Shown here in pieces: positions 1 through 5,773 of a stretch of DNA of 25,550 nt. The notes beneath the pieces are model-generated. The model was given only the letters and a program-made list of their open reading frames with translations. It did not search any database and had not been told where the DNA came from. The DNA is taken from positions 1 to 25,550 of the IMG/VR virus record IMGVR_UViG_3300046115_000044; one strand, 5' to 3'. The translations under genes were made by a program, and so were the position numbers. Position 1 is the stretch's first letter; each line of letters begins with the position of its first letter. The stretch comes from a virus (taxonomy: Duplodnaviria; Caudoviricetes).

Positions 1-108
1 GACCCGTCTATCGAGCCGGGCACCATCGAAGTACGGCGGGACGGGGAGACGGTCGCGCGCATCGTCAACGTCGAAGGCCCGGCTGCGTCCGAAGGGGAGA
101 GCGCTTGA
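1..108 (+). CDS. 3' end of hypothetical protein (partial)
   Basis: Frame 1 is open from base 1 (DPSIEPGTIEVRRDGETVARIVNVEGPAASEGESA) to TGA 106-108, which overlaps the next TTG start (TTGA). Confidence 0.55.
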   Translation, partial: DPSIEPGTIEVRRDGETVARIVNVEGPAASEGESA

Positions 109-248
109 CGGGAGTCCTTGTTACCCTTGGTGTAGTCATGATGGGAGCAGGATTTCTAGGCTGCTATGAGGGCACTCCAGCAGGATGGCTTGCTGGTATA
201 GGTTCAATTCTGGGAGGTATCGTGGTCACTGTCCTAGCCCTAACATGA
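105..248 (+). CDS. Small 47-aa membrane protein (two hydrophobic segments); not in ORF track
   Basis: TTG at 105 after GGGGAG; MTGVLVTLGVVMMGAGFLGCYEGTPAGWLAGIGSILGGIVVTVLALT; coupled at both ends (TTGA 105-108, ATGA 245-248). Confidence 0.65.
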   Translation: MTGVLVTLGVVMMGAGFLGCYEGTPAGWLAGIGSILGGIVVTVLALT

Positions 249-1663
249 AGTACAGTCCAAAGACAAAGAGCTACCCTCACCAAGCGCGAGCGACGCTCCG
301 TGCGGTAAGACAGGGCAACCACGCCTTCTTCATTGCGCCTCGCGGCGGCAAGACTAAGGCTGCGCTCGACGCGGTAGCTATTCAGGGCCTCCGTGGAAGG
401 TGCCGTCGAGTGCTCATCGTATGTCCACTCTCGGCTATCTCTGTGTGGGAGGAGGAGATAGCTCGCCACTTCGGCTACAAGTACGAATTTTGGGACCCCG
501 ACCAACCACAGTCTTACCTGGCCGCTCATGCTCCTAGACACATGATTTTCGCTGTGGTCAATTACGAGAAGTACCGCCAACGTAGTAGGCTAAAGAAGCG
601 ATGGGTCTATGAATGGTCTAAGTTCTTTGAGGACTGGGGCCCAGACATAGTCATACTCGACGAGTCGCATCGTGCGAAGCGAGCTGGTGCTGTAACCTCA
701 CAGATCCTCTGGCGATCCGTAGAGCGGATGAGAAAGGTTAGGTCAGATGAACAGCCTTACGTATGGTTACTCACGGGTACGCCCAACCCTAAGGGGTATC
801 GTGATCTCTTTTCCCAGTACCGGGTTATGGATCCGAACATCTTTGGAACCTCTCAAGCGGAGTTCTTCGAGGAGCATTGTACTTTCGGCCACGGTCGGCG
901 TCGGTGGACGGTCATTCAGTACCGACATAAGGCTAAACTACTCAGGAAAATCAGAGCTCACGCGTCGATAGTACCAGAGCGAAAAATCGAGGGTATGCCA
1001 AGACGTGTGTGGCAGAACGTCAAAGTTCCATTGCCTAAGGAAGCGAGGCGGATATACGATGATCTTGCGGGAGAACTCGTGGCTGAGTGGGAGGGTGGAG
1101 TACTCACTGCGGCCAACGCAGGTGTACGAAGGCTCCGACTTCAGCAGATTACTGGCGGCTTCACAACTGATGGACAGCAGATTCATGGTGCTAAGCTTGC
1201 CATGGCCAAGGATTTGCTGGTTGATTTGTTGGAGCAAGACGAGCAAGTGGTGGTCTATGCGCGCTTTCTTGCTGAGGTGGCGGCCGTTCAAGAAGTGCTG
1301 GAGAAACTTGGAGCTAGAAGTGCAGCGATCACAGGGAAGGTTCCAGCCGTTCATCGGGCTAAGCTGCGAGGAAAGTTCCAGCGAGGATCTCTGGATTCAC
1401 TGGTGTTCCAAGTGGCGACTGGCTCTCTGGCCATCAACCTCAGTGCTGCCCGTGAGATTCTCTATTACTCGCTACCAGACGGATGGCTTGATTACTACCA
1501 GTCTTCAAAGAGGACCGGTGAGATTGGCGGACGGCCTACTAGAATCCGTCATTTGGTCTGCCCCGGTACTCAAGACATGGCGCAGCTCGGGGCCCTCCGA
1601 GTCAGAGCAGATGCCCACAGTGAACTCATGAGGGACGCGCGGGCCTTTGTGTTCGGAGCTTAG
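245..1663 (+). CDS. SNF2/SF2-type helicase
   Basis: YPHQ Q-motif, GGKT motif I, LIVCPLS (Ia), ILDESH (II), LLTGTP (III), C-terminal helicase-C domain. Start moved from 185 to ATG 245 because of the ATGA overlap with the upstream ORF. Confidence 0.9.
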   Translation: MKYSPKTKSYPHQARATLRAVRQGNHAFFIAPRGGKTKAALDAVAIQGLRGRCRRVLIVCPLSAISVWEEEIARHFGYKYEFWDPDQPQSYLAAHAPRHMIFAVVNYEKYRQRSRLKKRWVYEWSKFFEDWGPDIVILDESHRAKRAGAVTSQILWRSVERMRKVRSDEQPYVWLLTGTPNPKGYRDLFSQYRVMDPNIFGTSQAEFFEEHCTFGHGRRRWTVIQYRHKAKLLRKIRAHASIVPERKIEGMPRRVWQNVKVPLPKEARRIYDDLAGELVAEWEGGVLTAANAGVRRLRLQQITGGFTTDGQQIHGAKLAMAKDLLVDLLEQDEQVVVYARFLAEVAAVQEVLEKLGARSAAITGKVPAVHRAKLRGKFQRGSLDSLVFQVATGSLAINLSAAREILYYSLPDGWLDYYQSSKRTGEIGGRPTRIRHLVCPGTQDMAQLGALRVRADAHSELMRDARAFVFGA

Positions 1664-1664
1664 T

Positions 1665-1686
1665 GGATTTGATACAATGAATGGTA
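1665..1686 (+). promoter_or_regulatory. Extended -10 promoter (TGnTACAAT) within 22-bp repeat, copy 1
   Basis: GGATTTGATACAATGAATGGTA; 20/22 identical to 8178-8199; intergenic, upstream of the AGGAGG RBS of the kinase gene. Confidence 0.65.
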
Positions 1687-1708
1687 CAAACCGTCAAAGG
1701 AGGCATCT

Positions 1709-2275
1709 ATGATCGTAGTCGAAGGGCCGGATGGCAGTGGTAAGACCACTCTGGCCCACGTCTTGGCGAACGATATGGGGCGGGAGTATCGTCGGTCTCC
1801 TTCCCTTAGTAGCAGGGAGGGAGGTAACCGGGCTCACGTAGATTGGTGGCGTGAACAGCTTTGGGGCGACGAGGCTCACCGCATGGGTGGTGTTTACGAT
1901 AGATCCTTGCTCGTATCTGAGCCGATCTATACCCCCGTGATGAATCGCAGCCCGCTCGTGCAGGCGGGTGAGTATATCGAGATGCTCACCCGATTCGTCT
2001 CCTGTTTTCCACTCATCATTTTCTGTCTGCCGCCGTGGGAGCAGCAGAAGGAGAACCTGGAGGATAAGGCAAGCGAACAATTGAAGGGGCTATCGATCAA
2101 ACGAGCGGCCCTTGTGCTGTGGGGGTACTACATCGGGCAGGAGTACTGGCGCTATCTCGAGGAGCTGGGAAAGTTGAGAGTGCTCACCTACGACTGGAGC
2201 AACATGCACGAGGTCCAGATGGGTGTTCAGTCTTACCTCACAGACGAGGCCAACCGAGTAGGTCAACGTGCATGA
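1709..2275 (+). CDS. dNMP kinase (thymidylate-kinase-like P-loop kinase)
   Basis: IVVEGPDGSGKTT P-loop, YDRS motif, AGGAGG RBS. Confidence 0.85.
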   Translation: MIVVEGPDGSGKTTLAHVLANDMGREYRRSPSLSSREGGNRAHVDWWREQLWGDEAHRMGGVYDRSLLVSEPIYTPVMNRSPLVQAGEYIEMLTRFVSCFPLIIFCLPPWEQQKENLEDKASEQLKGLSIKRAALVLWGYYIGQEYWRYLEELGKLRVLTYDWSNMHEVQMGVQSYLTDEANRVGQRA

Positions 2276-2600
2276 TCTAAGCGTTATCTACGAGCTCCAG
2301 CACGAGCACGCAGTCTGGCTAAGGAGGAACTTTCCTGACCAGCAGTCCTACCAACCCATCCTCGGGATTGTCGAGGAGCTTGGTGAACTCTCTCACGCCC
2401 ACCTCAAGATGGAGCAGGGCATTAGGGGTGACCATGAGTCCCTCTTCGCAGAGAAGGTCGACGCAGTGGGGGACATCTTCATCTACCTCATGAGCTACTG
2501 CAATGCCAACGAGATAAACCTAGAGTCCGCCATTGAAGATACGTGGGCAAGAGTCAAGAAGCGTGACTGGATCAACCACCCCGATGAGGGCGGCGAATGA
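2268..2600 (+). CDS. MazG-like all-alpha NTP pyrophosphohydrolase
   Basis: GIVEELGEL...DAVGDIFIY acidic metal-binding motifs; 110 aa; GTG start overlaps the kinase end. Confidence 0.85.
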   Translation: MHDLSVIYELQHEHAVWLRRNFPDQQSYQPILGIVEELGELSHAHLKMEQGIRGDHESLFAEKVDAVGDIFIYLMSYCNANEINLESAIEDTWARVKKRDWINHPDEGGE

Positions 2601-3424
2601 GAACCGAAGAGTTCCCAACGCTCACCGATCTGTGGCATGATACGACGTGGGACATGTGGCGAGGGTCGCTAGAGAATGGAGGCTTAGACTTTGTCGCAAG
2701 CATCGACACTATCCGCTATGATAACCTCCTGGCGGCTGAGAGTATGGCTTACGAGTTCGACCTGGGTCGAGACTTGTGGCTTACTCGAATGCGGTGGACT
2801 ATGCTTCTACGGGCGTATCTGGACTTATCAGAGACCGCCCGGTTCCTTGACAGGGCCGCAGATATCGGTCTTGGCGAAGGTAAGCGAGGCGTCGTCACCT
2901 CCATGCCCTGTCGAACAGTTCCTCGAGAGGCTAAGAAGCATAGATGGGGTAATTGCATGGCGGCTTACACTTATCGTGGACTCCGCACAGGAAGACCCAC
3001 CCTTAGCCTCCACAGTCGAGTCTCCTACATCGCTTACATCGGAGGACTAGACCTTGCCCTTGCACACGTTCTCGCTCGGGAAATTGGGCGTCGCATCCGA
3101 GTGCCGGTGGAAGAGTTTAGTTTCCGCTGGTATGTGGATAGCCTTCAGTTCCATGGGTTCAAATCGCTTCCCCTACTTTACCGCAAGGAGTATGTTCGAG
3201 ACCTCGAGAAGGAAGCCCTCCGGAAGAAGTATCCGACTATCGCTCTCGTTGGCCGTTGGTGGGACAAGATCGTCGAGGACACAGAAAACGGTAAGCCGCT
3301 TGATGCAGAGAAGTACGGGCCCCTCCGACGAGTCCGGCGTCGCTACGGAGAGTGGATAAACGAAGACTACCTCCCCTCTGTGGACATAGAAACTCTGACG
3401 CTAGACCCCCTTCGCCGTCGTTAG
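2597..3424 (+). CDS. Divergent thymidylate-synthase-fold protein (possibly non-catalytic or partner subunit)
   Basis: WGNCMAAYTY...LSLHSRVSYIAYIGGLDLALA...FRWYVDSLQFH follows the TS spacing PC..F...L....RSxDxxxGxxxN...SLHIY; ATGA-coupled to the MazG gene. Manual alignment only. Confidence 0.55.
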   Translation: MRTEEFPTLTDLWHDTTWDMWRGSLENGGLDFVASIDTIRYDNLLAAESMAYEFDLGRDLWLTRMRWTMLLRAYLDLSETARFLDRAADIGLGEGKRGVVTSMPCRTVPREAKKHRWGNCMAAYTYRGLRTGRPTLSLHSRVSYIAYIGGLDLALAHVLAREIGRRIRVPVEEFSFRWYVDSLQFHGFKSLPLLYRKEYVRDLEKEALRKKYPTIALVGRWWDKIVEDTENGKPLDAEKYGPLRRVRRRYGEWINEDYLPSVDIETLTLDPLRRR

Positions 3425-3453
3425 TTGACGAGGCGGCTTTGGTTTGATACGAT
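3425..3453 (+). promoter_or_regulatory. Sigma70/SigA-type promoter TTGACG-17-TACGAT with extended TG
   Basis: TTGACG 3425-3430, exact 17-nt spacer, TG 3445-3446, TACGAT 3448-3453, followed by AAGGGAGGTGA RBS and ATG 3487. Confidence 0.75.
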
Positions 3454-3486
3454 AGTTGTATGACGCACACACAAGGGAGGTGAATC

Positions 3487-3858
3487 ATGGAGAAGCTGTC
3501 TAGATACCAGACGAAGATCCTCGAAGAGCTGGACACTGCGATCGAGGAGCTTACCGAGAAGCTCAAGCCCGCTGAGAGGTTGATCGCTGAGCGTAATCGG
3601 CTCATGGCGACACGGCGAACGCTGCTCTCTGAGCGAAGTGTGACGAGTGGTGGTGGCAATCATCGACCTCGCTTGTCGATGGAGGAGGTGATCGTTGTCC
3701 TCGAAGGAGAAGACGACGGCATGAGCGTGCAGGCTATTGCACAGGCTGTCGGATACCCTGAGGCGACCATTCGCTCCCACCTCAATCGTCACCGCGATGA
3801 GCGGTACGAGCAGGCCAAGGATGGTAGCTGGTCGCTTATCGGGGCGGAGGAGGAATGA
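3487..3858 (+). CDS. Coiled-coil plus (winged) helix-turn-helix DNA-binding protein
   Basis: N-terminal heptad pattern, GGG linker, MSVQAIAQAVGYPEATIRSHL HTH and a DGSWSL wing; strong RBS. Confidence 0.75.
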   Translation: MEKLSRYQTKILEELDTAIEELTEKLKPAERLIAERNRLMATRRTLLSERSVTSGGGNHRPRLSMEEVIVVLEGEDDGMSVQAIAQAVGYPEATIRSHLNRHRDERYEQAKDGSWSLIGAEEE

Positions 3859-4037
3859 GCGAGCTCTTCAAGGAGCTAGAACTCGTTCGATTCGACCCAG
3901 AGAATGAGGACACTTACCCCAGCGTTTGCCAAGATCAGGGAGAAGTGAAGGTTCGGTTCGGGTTCACAGGCGGTGAACTTCTAGCCTTCGATTCTCATGG
4001 CGCTTACGTTGGTGAAGTCACGAAGGGAGAAGAATGA
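3855..4037 (+). CDS. Hypothetical protein, 60 aa
   Basis: ATGA overlaps at both ends; GGAGGAGG RBS. Confidence 0.7.
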   Translation: MSELFKELELVRFDPENEDTYPSVCQDQGEVKVRFGFTGGELLAFDSHGAYVGEVTKGEE

Positions 4038-4231
4038 GCGCCGAGGACTACGAGGGTGCCTACGATCATAAAGATCCGAAGCACCCAGAGTACGCTGAGG
4101 CACTCTTCGACTCAGCCGACAGAAAGCGTAAGCTCACTCGCGGTGAGGGGCTTGCAGCCGACGAGTTCGAAGAGCGGCTTAGACAAGCCCGCGCTGCAGG
4201 AGAGGAGGATCGTGAGTCGAGAATACCCTAA
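4034..4231 (+). CDS. Hypothetical protein, 65 aa
   Basis: ATGA overlap with the previous gene; AAGGGAG RBS; fills the gap before the TS gene. Confidence 0.65.
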   Translation: MSAEDYEGAYDHKDPKHPEYAEALFDSADRKRKLTRGEGLAADEFEERLRQARAAGEEDRESRIP

Positions 4232-5063
4232 CCTCAAGACAGCCCTCGATCTGTCCGTCGGTTTTTTGGGCGTCGATGGGGTGGAGGTAGATACTGGTCA
4301 TTGGCAGGGTGTACCCACAGAGGGCCATCCCGACCTAGTCACGAAGGAACTCCTAGATTGGGACTTCGTGTGTCCGCTCCCGGTCCAGAGTAACGGCACC
4401 GTCAACATCGTAGACCTCCAGGAGCAGGTGAGGCCCAATCTACCTTGGGCTGACGATCACTTCGAGGAACGCGTCTCCCGCGTGCCCTCTAATCCGGGTG
4501 AGCAGTACCAGAACTGGCCGTGGTGGCAGGGTGGGTATACTGAAGCCAAGTCGATGATCCCGTCACAGCAAGAGGGTGGAGAGTTCAAGTTCACCCACAC
4601 CTACCAAGAGCGCATCTGGCCCAAGTTAGTGAACGGTTCACCGTGGCAGTGCGAGCAGCCTATCGCTCACGGCATTCACTACGAGTACGGTGACCTCGAC
4701 GACGTGGTCAACCTTCTCCTGCGTGAGCCGTACACACGCCAAGCCTACCTCCCCATCTACTTCCCTGAGGACACGGGCTCCGTCCACGGCGGTCGCACGC
4801 CCTGTACCATCGGCTACCACTTCATGCTCCGAGGCGATGAGCTTCATATGTGGTACACAATCCGCTCCTGCGATGCGGTACGTCACTTCCGTGACGACGT
4901 CTACCTTGCCTTGCGCCTGCAGCTGTGGGTACTTGAAGCCCTTCGGACGAAGGAGAAGTACGAGTTTGACCACCCTGAAGTATGGAGTAGTGTCCGCCCC
5001 GGCAACTTCTACTTCAAGGCCTTCTCCTTCCACGTCCACATGGGGGATATCCACCGTGTCTGA
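4212..5063 (+). CDS. Thymidylate synthase superfamily enzyme with dCMP-type Asp (putative pyrimidine C5 methyl/hydroxymethyl-transferase)
   Basis: HFEER, PYTRQAYLPIY, catalytic TPCT, RSCDAVRHFRDD (Asp where E. coli ThyA has Asn177), SFHVH. Start set to GTG 4212 after AGGAGAGGAGG. Confidence 0.85.
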   Translation: MSREYPNLKTALDLSVGFLGVDGVEVDTGHWQGVPTEGHPDLVTKELLDWDFVCPLPVQSNGTVNIVDLQEQVRPNLPWADDHFEERVSRVPSNPGEQYQNWPWWQGGYTEAKSMIPSQQEGGEFKFTHTYQERIWPKLVNGSPWQCEQPIAHGIHYEYGDLDDVVNLLLREPYTRQAYLPIYFPEDTGSVHGGRTPCTIGYHFMLRGDELHMWYTIRSCDAVRHFRDDVYLALRLQLWVLEALRTKEKYEFDHPEVWSSVRPGNFYFKAFSFHVHMGDIHRV

Positions 5064-5598
5064 AGGTCAGGTATATCTCTACGATGATCTGCGTGGGCTG
5101 ATAGTAGTAGCAGCTCACACGAGAAGCGAGGCGAAGGATGTCGTCTTCCTCAACGTAGCTCGCATGATAGGTGCACTTGGCACCTGTGACCGCAAGCGAG
5201 TAGGCGCCGTCATTACCAAGGACGGTCGCTGCGTATCCTGGGGTTTCAATGGCGCTCCCCCAGGCATACCTCATTGCGAGGAGAACCAGCATGGTTGGCA
5301 AGACGTATTCAACGAGTTCCCACTCGGTAAGGGTAAGCCCCCTGAACCTTGGCTGACTCGAAAGCTTGAGGAGCAGGGCTGTCGGAATTCAACGCACGCA
5401 GAAGCGAACGCCCTTGCTTTCGCGGCGCGTCAGGGGATCAGTACAGACGGTGGAACGCTGTACGTGACGGTATCACCGTGTGAAGTGTGTGCCCGATTGT
5501 TGATCGCTGCGGGGATTGAGCGCGTAGTCTACGCTGAGAAGTACCGCGATGAGTCAGGCATCATGCTTCTCCTCGAAGGTGGTGTAGAGATTGAATGA
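5056..5598 (+). CDS. dCMP deaminase (zinc-dependent CMP/dCMP deaminase family)
   Basis: TCDRKRVGAVI, GFNG, HAEANA and SPCEVC zinc motifs. True start probably GTG 5056 after GGGGGA, overlapping the TS stop, not 4690. Confidence 0.92.
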   Translation: MSEGQVYLYDDLRGLIVVAAHTRSEAKDVVFLNVARMIGALGTCDRKRVGAVITKDGRCVSWGFNGAPPGIPHCEENQHGWQDVFNEFPLGKGKPPEPWLTRKLEEQGCRNSTHAEANALAFAARQGISTDGGTLYVTVSPCEVCARLLIAAGIERVVYAEKYRDESGIMLLLEGGVEIE

Positions 5599-5773
5599 GC
5601 CATTCCGGCGCCTAAGAGTGCAGGTCAAAGTCCATCACAAAGACTTCGAGATGCTCCAGCGGTTTACCGACGAAGAGAAGGGTGATTTGCTAAGCGATGG
5701 GCTACATCAAATGATGCAGCAACGGTACTCACCAAAGCGATGGAGGTGGCAGTGGCCTTTAGTTCACCGCTAG
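5591..5773 (+). CDS. Hypothetical 60-aa protein (possible ribbon-helix-helix)
   Basis: TTG start overlapping the deaminase stop; alternating beta-strand RLRVQVKV followed by two short helices. Fold call is a guess. Confidence 0.5.
   Translation: MNEPFRRLRVQVKVHHKDFEMLQRFTDEEKGDLLSDGLHQMMQQRYSPKRWRWQWPLVHR

Noticed and set aside
185-244. Longer helicase start at 185
   Set aside because: Overlaps a better-supported 105-248 ORF; the ATGA junction points to 245.
4056-4211. N-terminal extension of the TS ORF
   Set aside because: Ser/Thr-rich shadow of the 4034-4231 gene; the RBS precedes GTG 4212.
4261-4270. T6 run as a possible programmed frameshift
   Set aside because: The TS frame is intact and no useful alternative product or stimulatory structure was seen.
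4690-5055. Apparent long N-terminal domain on the dCMP deaminase
   Set aside because: Off-frame shadow of the TS gene with S/T/P-rich composition; deaminase motifs begin only after GTG 5056.
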